The notes: generated by a model not told the origin, from the letters alone. DNA of 30,857 nt from an uncultured Clostridia bacterium (GCA_934500865.1 CAKSUD010000014.1:1-30857), one strand, 5' to 3'; positions 16,512 to 25,290 are shown, counted from the first letter of the stretch. Program-made: numbers and translations.

Positions 16512-17606
16512 CTAATTATATATAATCTTTGGGAAAAAATATCCCCATTGATATTTGCATATAGTTATTTCAGAATTTCCAGGTACTCTTGTAATAATCT
16601 CAACAATTTCGTCCCCGTCCAAATCAACTAACTCCACTGTTTCATCAAGGCTGTATTTTTTATCTTTTAAATTAACCAATGTAGTAATAACTTCATCTTC
16701 ACTATCAAAAGCAATAATTCTTGTACCATTATTAGCACCCGAAAAACAAACTATTTTTTCATTCTTTTGGTCATTATCTAAATCAACACTTATTGCTGTA
16801 TAAGTTTCATATTTCTTTAATAAGGAATGTCTCTCAAAAAAGTTCTCTCCTAAGTCATTTATTTTTTCTGTTTTTGGAGCATCAATACTTCTATTATCCG
16901 AGAAACTCAACTTACTTTCTGCATTTATCTTTGAGTATTTATCATTTCCTCTACTTATTAACTTGTAGTCTCCAACTTCGTTCTTTACTTCATAACCATC
17001 ATAAAAAACTTTAGCATCCGAATAACTGTATACATCATTTTCATAATTAAATGCTGGTGAGAATTTAGAAGTTTTAGCACTATATTCTTTATCAGTAAGA
17101 AGTACAATTTCTCCCTTGGTTGTTAAAGTATAAATCTTATAGTTCGATTCTTCTCCATTTCTTGAGGTAATATAAGAAAAATCAAGCATTCCGTCTTTAT
17201 TATAATCCTTAAAAAATATTCCGTAATCGTTGCAATTAGAAATATCTATACTTTCAGCAACCTTCTTCTGACTAACAAGCATATTCCTATACAAGAAGTC
17301 AATAACAATATCTCCAACATTATTATTTGCATTACAGAATTCAACCACAAATGTGTAATTATCAATATCTTTAGAGAAAAGAAGCTCACCCGAAAATCTA
17401 TAAACATTTGACACATTATCTATAACATTGTTGTTTCTATTATTTAACTCATCACCAAATAAAATAGAAAGGATAACACCAATAATAAGCAATGTAATTA
17501 CAAAAGTAGCAACTGTTATTCCAAGTACCTTTTTCCACTTTTTTAATGGAGCTTTCTTTTCAACTTTTACTTCTACTTTTTCATCAACCTTCTTTTCTTC
17601 ATCCAT
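16512..17606 (-). CDS. membrane-anchored protein with FG-GAP/VCBS-like Ca-binding repeats, function unknown
   Basis: Lys-rich N-terminus, a single TM helix, then an extracytoplasmic region with DYNKDGMLDF, DLDNDQKNEKIV and DLDGDEIVEI motifs. The start is M3 of the track ORF, which gives the best RBS spacing. Confidence 0.6.
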   Translation of the reverse strand: MDEEKKVDEKVEVKVEKKAPLKKWKKVLGITVATFVITLLIIGVILSILFGDELNNRNNNVIDNVSNVYRFSGELLFSKDIDNYTFVVEFCNANNNVGDIVIDFLYRNMLVSQKKVAESIDISNCNDYGIFFKDYNKDGMLDFSYITSRNGEESNYKIYTLTTKGEIVLLTDKEYSAKTSKFSPAFNYENDVYSYSDAKVFYDGYEVKNEVGDYKLISRGNDKYSKINAESKLSFSDNRSIDAPKTEKINDLGENFFERHSLLKKYETYTAISVDLDNDQKNEKIVCFSGANNGTRIIAFDSEDEVITTLVNLKDKKYSLDETVELVDLDGDEIVEIITRVPGNSEITICKYQWGYFFPKIIYN

Positions 17607-18285
17607 TGCCATTTCCCCCTTCTAAAATTTTTGTAACCTCCACTTTCATATGTTTATTACCACCATAAACTCCCTCTATTAAGACATGTGTTGGTTTTGT
17701 ATCTTTACTTGGTTGCACAAACTGAACTACCTTAGGTTCTATTTTATGATTTCGCATCGCACATAAAATATCACAAAGCCTATCCGGTCTATGTATCATA
17801 AAAAATTTACCAAGAGGCTTTAATAACATAGCAGACGTATAAATAATATCATCTAAATTGCACAATATTTCATGCCTTGCAATAGCTTTAGTATCTGCCT
17901 CATTTACTACCCCGCATCCAGCATTTCTATACGGTGGATTGCAAGTAACAACATCAAACTTAGACTTGCCTAAAACTGACGGCATATTTTTTAAATCGTC
18001 ATTTATAATTTTTAATTTCTCTTGAAGATTATTTAGTTTCACATTCTCATCTGCGAGTTTCGCAACCTTTTCTTGAATTTCCACACCTATAATCTCCTGT
18101 GCCGGAACTTTTGCAGAAAGTAATACCGGTATAATTCCGTTTCCCGTGCATAAATCCACTATACGTGCACCAACTTTACAGTACACGAAATTAGCAAGCA
18201 TTACAGCATCAATTCCAAAGCAAAACATATCTGTATCTTGAATTAACTTAAGTTCATTTATTCCTAAATCATCAATTCTTCTCAT
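17599..18285 (-). CDS. SAM-dependent methyltransferase of the tRNA (adenine37-N6) TrmN6/YfiC type
   Basis: 228 aa with a SAM-binding motif (VDLCTGNG) and the catalytic NPPY (VVTCNPPY). The start is at the ATG preceded by AAGGAAG and overlaps the upstream gene by 14 nt. Confidence 0.8.
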   Translation of the reverse strand: MRRIDDLGINELKLIQDTDMFCFGIDAVMLANFVYCKVGARIVDLCTGNGIIPVLLSAKVPAQEIIGVEIQEKVAKLADENVKLNNLQEKLKIINDDLKNMPSVLGKSKFDVVTCNPPYRNAGCGVVNEADTKAIARHEILCNLDDIIYTSAMLLKPLGKFFMIHRPDRLCDILCAMRNHKIEPKVVQFVQPSKDTKPTHVLIEGVYGGNKHMKVEVTKILEGGNGNG

Positions 18286-18553
18286 TTTTATCTTCCTTGC
18301 TAGTTGCAAAATGTCCCATAATTTTTATTACTAAGTATAAAATAGTTAAAACCAAAAAAACAGCTGCCATTCCAACACCCATAATCTTTAATCCGGCGTT
18401 TAAATTTTCTTCCATAGTCATAGAATCAAGTTTATTATTTATTTCTACTGTTGTTAAAGTTTTCTCTTCTAAATTATCGTTTTCTGAAACATAAATTTGA
18501 GTTGGTCCATCAGCCGAACTAATTATTCCAATATTCCCTATATTATCAAACAT
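18272..18553 (-). CDS. OadG-like decarboxylase gamma/delta subunit with an N-terminal OadB-derived segment
   Basis: The C-terminal TM segment GLKIMGVGMAAVFLVLTILYLVIKIM is typical of OadG. The N-terminal NIGIISSADGPTQIYVS copies the OadB motif GIGIIGSADGPTSIYVA. Confidence 0.6.
   Translation of the reverse strand: MFDNIGNIGIISSADGPTQIYVSENDNLEEKTLTTVEINNKLDSMTMEENLNAGLKIMGVGMAAVFLVLTILYLVIKIMGHFATSKEDKNEKN
18486..18532. repeat. 47-bp copy of an internal oadB segment (pairs with 19247-19293)
   Basis: Hand alignment gives about 41 of 47 identical bases with 19247-19293, in the same orientation and in frame in both ORFs. Confidence 0.8.
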
Positions 18554-18570
18554 CCACGTTCATTCCTTTC

Positions 18571-19689
18571 CTATAAAAATAGCTGCGCCAAAGCAATAAT
18601 ACATCCACCGGCAATAGCAGAACCAAGTTGACCAGAAACATTTGCACTTACTGCCTGCATTAAAATAAAGTTGCTAGGGTCTTCATCATGTGCAATTTTT
18701 TGAACAACACGTGCAGACATAGGGAACGCAGACACACCAGCCGCACCGATCATAGGGTTTATCTTCTTCTTCAAGAATAAATTCGCGATTTTTCCAAATA
18801 TAACACCTGTTGCAGTTCCAAAAATAAACGCACATAATCCCATTAAAAGTATCATTAATGTTTGAGGTCTTAAAAATGACTCGGCTGTCATTGTAGAACC
18901 AATTGTGATACCTAAAAGTAAAGTAACTAAGTTAGATAATTCATTTTGAGCGGCGGCAGATAATTTTTCCAACACTCCACAAACTCTTATCAAATTACCA
19001 AACATAAGTAATCCCACTAAACTTACACTCATAGGAGAAATGATACCTGCAACTAAAGTAACAATTATAGGGAAAAGTATTAATAACCACTTTGGAGCCG
19101 GTTCTTCCACATATTCCATTTTTATTTGACGTTCCTTTTTTGTGGTAAGTAACTTTATTACAGGTGGTTGAATAATAGGAACTAACGCCATATATGAATA
19201 TGCTGCAACTGTGATTGCAGGAAGTAATAATGGTGCTAGTCTGTTAGCAACATAAATTGAAGTAGGTCCATCAGCAGAACCAATTATTCCAATTCCACAT
19301 GCTTCAAAAATATTAAACCCAAGTGCTATTGCCATTAAAATTGTTAAGAAAATTCCCATTTGGGCAGCCGCACCGAAAAATATCATAAAAGGATTTTTTA
19401 GAACTGGCGTAAAATCCACCATAGCACCTATTGCTATAAAAATCAAAACAGGAAATATCTCTGTTGTAATTCCTATATCATACATAAGTTTTAAAAATCC
19501 AGGTTCTTCAGCAGTTCCAATAACCGCCGAAAATGGAATATTTGCTAAAATAGCTCCAAATCCTATAGGTAGTAATAACATTGGTTCATATTGCTTCTTT
19601 ATAGCTAGCCAAATCAAAATTCCACCTATTAAAAACATTACTCCGGTTTGCCAAGTTAGGCCTGTAAACCCTTTTAATAACTCTTCCAT
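18571..19689 (-). CDS. oadB: Na+-translocating decarboxylase beta subunit (OadB/GcdB/MmdB family)
   Basis: 372-aa polytopic membrane protein with family motifs (IGIIGSADGPT, GAAGVSAFPMSARV). RBS is ggagga. Confidence 0.9.
   Translation of the reverse strand: MEELLKGFTGLTWQTGVMFLIGGILIWLAIKKQYEPMLLLPIGFGAILANIPFSAVIGTAEEPGFLKLMYDIGITTEIFPVLIFIAIGAMVDFTPVLKNPFMIFFGAAAQMGIFLTILMAIALGFNIFEACGIGIIGSADGPTSIYVANRLAPLLLPAITVAAYSYMALVPIIQPPVIKLLTTKKERQIKMEYVEEPAPKWLLILFPIIVTLVAGIISPMSVSLVGLLMFGNLIRVCGVLEKLSAAAQNELSNLVTLLLGITIGSTMTAESFLRPQTLMILLMGLCAFIFGTATGVIFGKIANLFLKKKINPMIGAAGVSAFPMSARVVQKIAHDEDPSNFILMQAVSANVSGQLGSAIAGGCIIALAQLFL
19247..19293. repeat. source copy of the 47-bp segment duplicated at 18486-18532
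   Basis: See the paired repeat; this copy encodes IGIIGSADGPTSIYVA within oadB. Confidence 0.8.
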
Positions 19690-19709
19690 TTTTCATCCTC
19701 CGTAAAAAA

Positions 19710-20153
19710 TTATAAATTTTCTGCACCAAAAGAATTAGGTAACAGTTCCTCCATATCAAATATTTTAACTTCTTTGCCTGTTTCATTTATCGCTATAAAA
19801 ACAGTATCTTTATTACAGAAATCCTTTAACCTTTGTCTGCATCTTCCACACGGTGTGCAGAAATTCTCTGCATTCAAATCGCGATTTTCAGGCTTTCCGA
19901 AAGTAACAACATATTTAATCGGGCTTCTTTCTGAAAGTAAATACGAAGAAATTGCGCCAACCTCAGCACAAGTAGAATCCCCATTTGCGGGTTCCCAATT
20001 CACACCCAAAAAGCACTCACTGTTTTCATCAATTATAGCCGCACTAACATTATAATTATAATACTCTGAAACTGATTTCTTAGAAATAACAATCAACTCA
20101 TCAATTATATCTCGCATTAAATCAGGTAACTCTTCGACCGACTTCCTCTCCAT
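19710..20153 (-). CDS. cdd: cytidine deaminase (homotetrameric Cdd type)
   Basis: 147 aa with the zinc ligand motifs CAE and PCGRCRQ and the C-terminal ELLPNSF. Its RBS lies within the last codons of the upstream methyltransferase gene. Confidence 0.85.
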   Translation of the reverse strand: MERKSVEELPDLMRDIIDELIVISKKSVSEYYNYNVSAAIIDENSECFLGVNWEPANGDSTCAEVGAISSYLLSERSPIKYVVTFGKPENRDLNAENFCTPCGRCRQRLKDFCNKDTVFIAINETGKEVKIFDMEELLPNSFGAENL

Positions 20154-21077
20154 TTATTCTTCCTCCTTATTTATTTTGTAATTTCTAGTTAGAAACATTC
20201 CATCTTTATAACCTTGAATACTATTATCGTTATCCGCATTTTTTAGTCTCTTAGACGCGAGCAAGCAATATCCTTCTTCTCTTTCAATACCACAAAAGCG
20301 TCTATTTAATTTTTTAGCCACAACCGCCGTAGTTCCCGAACCTAAAAATGGATCAAAAACCATATCTCCTTCATTAGAAGAAGCTAAAATAAGCTTTGCA
20401 ATAAGTTTTTCGGGCTTTTGGGTAGGATGCTCTGTATTCTCAGGCATAGACCAATATGGAACTGTAATGTCAGTCCAAACATTTGCCGGATGAGTAAATC
20501 TAAATTTTTCCCCATTTTCATAAAACCAGTCTTTAGCCTTACCCTCTTCATCTTTATATGGAGCAATAACCTTCTTTTTAACCTTCACAGAATCTATATT
20601 AAAAACATAATCCTTGTCGTCCATCGTGCAAAAATATATATCTTCAATATTGTTCTTCCAGTTTCTATCACTCCCCCGACCTTTTTCTCGCTCCCAAGTA
20701 ATTCTATTTTTTATATAAAAGTACTTGCTTAACACTTGGTAGTACAAAGGAGACGTTCTCCAATCACCACAAAAATACAAAGTTCCATTCGGCTTCATTA
20801 TTCTAGGTAACTCCTTTACCCATTTTTCAAGCCATTTGATATACTCATTATCATTTGTCCTATTAAACCTAGTACCATCATATTCCTTTGTTAAATTATA
20901 TGGTGGATCTACCACTAATAAATCAACAAAATTGTTGGGTAAGCTTTTAAGTTGGCTAAAAGTATCTCCATTAATTACTTTATTCTCAAACTCGTTATCT
21001 TTTGCTAAAAACTCTTCAAATAAATTATCTTTTTCGTCATATATGTTTTCTATTTTTAGTGTTTTATTTCGGCTCAT
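20154..21077 (-). CDS. beta-class DNA methyltransferase of the N6_N4 MTase family, DPPY type (probably m6A)
   Basis: 307 aa with motif IV VVDPPYNL placed before motif I FDPFLGSGTT, plus HPTQKPEKL. No adjacent endonuclease candidate was found. Confidence 0.9.
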   Translation of the reverse strand: MSRNKTLKIENIYDEKDNLFEEFLAKDNEFENKVINGDTFSQLKSLPNNFVDLLVVDPPYNLTKEYDGTRFNRTNDNEYIKWLEKWVKELPRIMKPNGTLYFCGDWRTSPLYYQVLSKYFYIKNRITWEREKGRGSDRNWKNNIEDIYFCTMDDKDYVFNIDSVKVKKKVIAPYKDEEGKAKDWFYENGEKFRFTHPANVWTDITVPYWSMPENTEHPTQKPEKLIAKLILASSNEGDMVFDPFLGSGTTAVVAKKLNRRFCGIEREEGYCLLASKRLKNADNDNSIQGYKDGMFLTRNYKINKEEE

Positions 21078-21088
21078 TTTTATTCCTC

Positions 21089-21652
21089 TTAATCCATTTT
21101 TACAAACTCAATTTCGTCTCCGGTACTTGGGCCGATTTTATACGTAGCCACTGTACTTCCTTGTGTAATTTTTATCTCATATTCAGGATTTGTAGACGGT
21201 CTGTCATAGCTTAGCATAAGTCCGTAATTAGGAGTAATTGGCTCATCAATTAAAACAGCATCATCTTTATTACTTGGTACATAAGCCTCTTCAAAATCAT
21301 CCCACATAAGTGCTGTTACAGTTATTCTTCCTCCTACTTCAAATGGTAAAACAAGCAGATTTCCTTTTGCTTTATTACCTAAAACATAATGTCTAATCGG
21401 TACTTTTATTTCATTTATCTCATCTGAATCTAATTCATCTTCGTAATTTCTAATTGCAAAAACTCTTGCTACCTTTGTATTAGGTTTACTTATCTTTAAA
21501 ACTTTAGGCAACTCATTTTCAGGGAAATTATTGTTGATAATTTCTACCGGCTTATCCGGATCAACAGTAGGTACTAAATAAACATATGACCCAATGGCTA
21601 CAACAACTAAAGCCAACACACAAATTACTGCAATTAAAATTTTTTCCTTCAT
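21089..21652 (-). CDS. N-terminally membrane-anchored hypothetical protein
   Basis: 187 aa with one N-terminal TM helix. RBS is gggagga. It lies 11 nt upstream of the methyltransferase gene. No family was recognised. Confidence 0.6.
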   Translation of the reverse strand: MKEKILIAVICVLALVVVAIGSYVYLVPTVDPDKPVEIINNNFPENELPKVLKISKPNTKVARVFAIRNYEDELDSDEINEIKVPIRHYVLGNKAKGNLLVLPFEVGGRITVTALMWDDFEEAYVPSNKDDAVLIDEPITPNYGLMLSYDRPSTNPEYEIKITQGSTVATYKIGPSTGDEIEFVKMD

Positions 21653-21811
21653 AATAAATTCCTCCCAGAATAATACTCTACAACTAATTTTATCGGTATT
21701 TTACAAAAAAAACAATAGATATTTCTTCATTTATATCCATATATTTTGCATTGATACCAAAATAGCCATTATGTTACTATTTAAATAGAAAACACCAAGG
21801 GAGTTGGTCAT

Positions 21812-22654
21812 ATGAAGTTTCTAAAAAAAATAGTAGTATCATTAATTGTACTGCTACTGTTTTTCCAGTTATCCAATGCAAGTAGTAATATTAGCATCAA
21901 AGTAAATGGAAAGTATCTCTCCCCAGATGTCCCTCCATTTATAAAAAACTCATCTACTTACGTTCCTATTCGTTTTATCTCAGAAGCTTTAAATATAAAA
22001 GATATAAAGTGGGATGCAAAATCCAATTCAGTTACAATAAAAAATCTAGAGAAGACTCTAGTATTATTTGTAAATAAAGACTACGCATATATAAATGATA
22101 AATATATAAAACTTGAAAATAATGCATTGATATCAAATTCTCGTACGTTTGTACCGGTAAGATTTATTTCTGAATATTTTAATGCATATGTCGATTGGGA
22201 CGACACAACTCAAACAGTACTTATAACTTCAAATAAAACAGTTGAGTCTACAAGTAATCCTTCAAATTCAAGTATTCAATTCTCCAATTATGATGACGCT
22301 GTGTACTGGTTATCAAGAATAATTGAAGCCGAAGCAAGCGGAGAACCATTTAAAGGAAAAGTTGCAGTTGGAGAAGTAATTCTAAATCGTGTAAAATGCA
22401 AAGAATTTCCAGACACGATATGGGGAGTAATATTTGACAAAAACTTTGGGATACAATTTGAGCCGGTAGCAAATGGAACAATCTATAATACACCATCAGA
22501 AGATAGTATATTAGCGGCAAAAACCGCATTAAACGGCTCTGATTATGTAGGTGAATGTTTGTACTTTCTAAACCCAACAATAGCAAAAAGCACATGGATA
22601 ACTAAAAACAGAGAATATTATACGACTATATCAAAACATGAATTTTATGTTTAA
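21812..22654 (+). CDS. SleB/CwlJ-like cell wall hydrolase with two copper-amine-oxidase-N-terminal-like (stalk) domains
   Basis: Signal peptide, then two repeats of VNGK...YVPIRFISE..N. The C-terminal Hydrolase_2-like region reads IIEAEASGEPFKGKVAVGEVILNRV...FEPV. Confidence 0.8.
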   Translation: MKFLKKIVVSLIVLLLFFQLSNASSNISIKVNGKYLSPDVPPFIKNSSTYVPIRFISEALNIKDIKWDAKSNSVTIKNLEKTLVLFVNKDYAYINDKYIKLENNALISNSRTFVPVRFISEYFNAYVDWDDTTQTVLITSNKTVESTSNPSNSSIQFSNYDDAVYWLSRIIEAEASGEPFKGKVAVGEVILNRVKCKEFPDTIWGVIFDKNFGIQFEPVANGTIYNTPSEDSILAAKTALNGSDYVGECLYFLNPTIAKSTWITKNREYYTTISKHEFYV

Positions 22655-22657
22655 AAC

Positions 22658-22697
22658 AAAAATAAAGAGTATCCATACTGGATACTCTTTATTTTTA
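22658..22697. terminator. bidirectional intrinsic terminator
   Basis: Hairpin AAAGAGTATCC-ATACT-GGATACTCTTT is flanked by an A-run and a T-run, between convergent genes. Confidence 0.75.
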
Positions 22698-22698
22698 C

Positions 22699-23043
22699 TT
22701 AGTCTACTAGTCTATTACCGTTAGCATCTGTATTTATGTTTCCACATAAAATCAATATTCCTTCAATTAATCCCCAAAGAGCAGCAATTCCGCATGTTAC
22801 AATGGTAAGAACAATTTGAAGTATTCCTTTTTTAGTATAACCTAAATAGAAATTATGAACTCCCCATGCGCCTAGGAAAATACCAAGTAAACCAGCAACT
22901 AATTTGGACTTTGGTGTACTACCATTATTAATAGGACCATTGTTAACGGTTGCTTGTTGTGCACCTTGATTTAATGGTGCGCCACAATTTGTGCAATTGT
23001 TTGCACTGTCTTCATTTTGACTTCCACAATTAGGACAAAACAT
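22699..23043 (-). CDS. zinc-ribbon plus TM2 domain membrane protein
   Basis: N-terminal CPNCG...CTNCG zinc ribbon, and a C-terminal TM2 domain (GLLGIFLGAWGVHNFYLGYTKKG). Confidence 0.8.
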   Translation of the reverse strand: MFCPNCGSQNEDSANNCTNCGAPLNQGAQQATVNNGPINNGSTPKSKLVAGLLGIFLGAWGVHNFYLGYTKKGILQIVLTIVTCGIAALWGLIEGILILCGNINTDANGNRLVD

Positions 23044-23126
23044 ATTTAAAACCCCCTTAAATTATCTACCTCTTTTTAAAAGGTAGCATATTAAACAACA
23101 TTTTTCAACATTTTTTATAAAATTTA

Positions 23127-23615
23127 TTACAAATCAAAATAATTACTAATTTCTCTAAGCCCCTCAAAATTCTTTTGCCTATGATACTCATAAACAGCAA
23201 TCGCAACAGAATTAGACAAATTAAGCGAGCGCGTATCGCCCAGCATCGGAATTCTAACACACCTATCCATGTTCTTTAATAATAAATCTTCAGGTAACCC
23301 CTTAGACTCTTTTCCAAATAGCATAAAAGCATCATCAGGATACTCCACCTCTGTATGATTTTTCTTAGACTTAGTAGAAAAGAAAAACATTTCTTTATCT
23401 TTATGAATATCTAAAAATTCCTGTAAATTTTCATAATAATATACCTCTAAGTCCTTCCAATAGTCCATTCCGGAACGTCTTAAGTACTTATCCGTAACTT
23501 CGAATCCTAAAGGCTTCACAAGATGTAGTATAGAACCGGTGGCAACACAAGTTCTCCCTATATTACCTGTATTTTGAGGAATTTCTGGTTCAACTAAAAC
23601 AATATTCAATGCCAT
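23127..23615 (-). CDS. trmL: tRNA (cytidine/uridine34-2'-O)-methyltransferase, SpoU/TrmL family
   Basis: 162 aa starting MALNIVLVEPEIPQNTGNIGRTC, with the SPOUT knot motif SLNLSNSVAIAVYE. The track ORF is 25 codons longer at the N-terminus. Confidence 0.85.
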   Translation of the reverse strand: MALNIVLVEPEIPQNTGNIGRTCVATGSILHLVKPLGFEVTDKYLRRSGMDYWKDLEVYYYENLQEFLDIHKDKEMFFFSTKSKKNHTEVEYPDDAFMLFGKESKGLPEDLLLKNMDRCVRIPMLGDTRSLNLSNSVAIAVYEYHRQKNFEGLREISNYFDL

Positions 23616-23692
23616 ATATATTTCATTCCTTTCAAAAAAATCACATAATTTCAACCAAGAAATTATATGACTTTTTTGTGTTTTTTTCAAGT

Positions 23693-25216
23693 CTACAAAG
23701 TATCATTAATTAATATTGTTTTTGAATCCGGATACCACTCTACATCTGAATTAAGTGCCTCAGAAATAGCTCTAAGTGGTACTAATGTACGATTACCCAC
23801 TATCTTTGCCGGTACATCGATTGTTTTTTCTTTACCATTTACCAGCATTTTATTGCTATCTACTTTTAGAAAAATACTGTTTTTTCCTTTTGTAACCGTT
23901 ATAGTTCTTCCCTCTCCGTTCCAAATAACTTCAGCATCCAATGCTTCAAATATTGCTCTCATAGGCACTAGTGTTCTCGAATTTTCTATAAACGGTTTTT
24001 GGTCAAATTTCACCTTATCCCCATTAACAAACACCGTTATTTCATCGTTTTTGTAATACTTTTTAACTATATTCCAAACATATTTATCGCTTAGCATAGA
24101 ACTATACCTGTAATGAATTTCTCCAGCTACATTTATATGTGTATCATTTAACTTTAACTGTTTTTCTATTTCTTTTCCCCTATACCAAACACTTTTACTA
24201 TTTACCCCAACAGATTTATAATCTGCCAAGCCAATGTATAACTTTGTTCTAGAACCGCTTGCCACATTATTCCACCAACTAAGTAACTCAGCATAGTTTG
24301 CACTCTTATGTCCTACTTCCCAATAAATTTGTGGTGCAATATAATCAATCCAACTATTTTGTACCCATTTTTTTGTATCTGCGTAATGTGAATTATACGA
24401 TTCTGTACCATTAGTATTACTTCCAAGAGAACTACTTGATGAATTCATCCAAATTGCAAAAGGACTTATTCCAAAAGAAACGTTTTTATTTGCCTTATGA
24501 ACTGCCTCATTTATTTCCTGAATTAGCAAATCAACGTTATTTCTTCTCCAGTCTTCTATATTGCTAAAGCCGTTTCCGCATTTATTATATGTTTCTGTAT
24601 CATTAAAAGACGTGCCCGGATAAAAATAATCATCCATGTGTATGCCATCTATTTGATAATTTTTAACTATTTCTACCGCACCATCTACTACCATTTTTCT
24701 TACTTCAGGTATTCCCGGGTTAAAGTAGTAATTTCCATCTGAATATTTCACTACATACTCGGGATGCTTTTTTGCAGGGCTTTCCGAACTTATTGACGCA
24801 TACTCTTCGTCTCCTTTTTTAGTTATTCTATATGGATTAATCCATGCATGGACCTCGATGCCTTTCTTATGAGCCTCTTCCACTAAAAAGGTTAACGGGT
24901 CAAAACCATCTAATGGTGCAAGTCCGTTTTGTCCGGTCAAGTACTTACTCCAAGGAAAGATATCTGATTTATAAAAAGAATCTGCCGACGGTCTTACCTG
25001 AAAAAAGACTGCATTATATCCCATTTCAGATATATTATTAAGTATCGTTTTTATTTCACTTTTTAGTGTATTCACGTCCGTCGTTGGTGATAATGGATAG
25101 TCTAAATTATAAACTGTTGCCACCCAAATTCCTTTCATATCATCACTTATGTATGCTTTAGAAATTGAAGTCAAGCATATAGAACACATAACTATAAAAA
25201 ATATAATTTTCTTCAT
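23693..25216 (-). CDS. glycoside hydrolase-like family 10 (GHL10/YngK-type) secreted protein with two C-terminal copper-amine-oxidase-N-like domains
   Basis: Signal peptide and a TIM-barrel-like GHL10 region (GIWVATV.., EVHAWINPYR, GIHMDDYFYP). The C-terminus has two VNG...TLVP(L/M)RAI.EAL repeats. Confidence 0.75.
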   Translation of the reverse strand: MKKIIFFIVMCSICLTSISKAYISDDMKGIWVATVYNLDYPLSPTTDVNTLKSEIKTILNNISEMGYNAVFFQVRPSADSFYKSDIFPWSKYLTGQNGLAPLDGFDPLTFLVEEAHKKGIEVHAWINPYRITKKGDEEYASISSESPAKKHPEYVVKYSDGNYYFNPGIPEVRKMVVDGAVEIVKNYQIDGIHMDDYFYPGTSFNDTETYNKCGNGFSNIEDWRRNNVDLLIQEINEAVHKANKNVSFGISPFAIWMNSSSSSLGSNTNGTESYNSHYADTKKWVQNSWIDYIAPQIYWEVGHKSANYAELLSWWNNVASGSRTKLYIGLADYKSVGVNSKSVWYRGKEIEKQLKLNDTHINVAGEIHYRYSSMLSDKYVWNIVKKYYKNDEITVFVNGDKVKFDQKPFIENSRTLVPMRAIFEALDAEVIWNGEGRTITVTKGKNSIFLKVDSNKMLVNGKEKTIDVPAKIVGNRTLVPLRAISEALNSDVEWYPDSKTILINDTL

Positions 25217-25290
25217 AAGCATTCCCCTTAAAATTTATTTCAATAGTTATTTCTATTTAGAAAAAAGAAGTCCTTTAGGAAGTTTTAGAC

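Noticed and set aside
15382-17612. Prophage or integrative element around the Rad52-like gene
   Set aside because: There is no integrase, terminase, capsid, repressor or att-like repeat in the flanks. The neighbours are membrane proteins and a CorC-like gene with host-like composition.
20154-21652. Restriction-modification system
   Set aside because: Only a methyltransferase is present. The adjacent 187-aa protein has an N-terminal TM anchor and no nuclease motifs that I can see, and the other neighbour is cdd.
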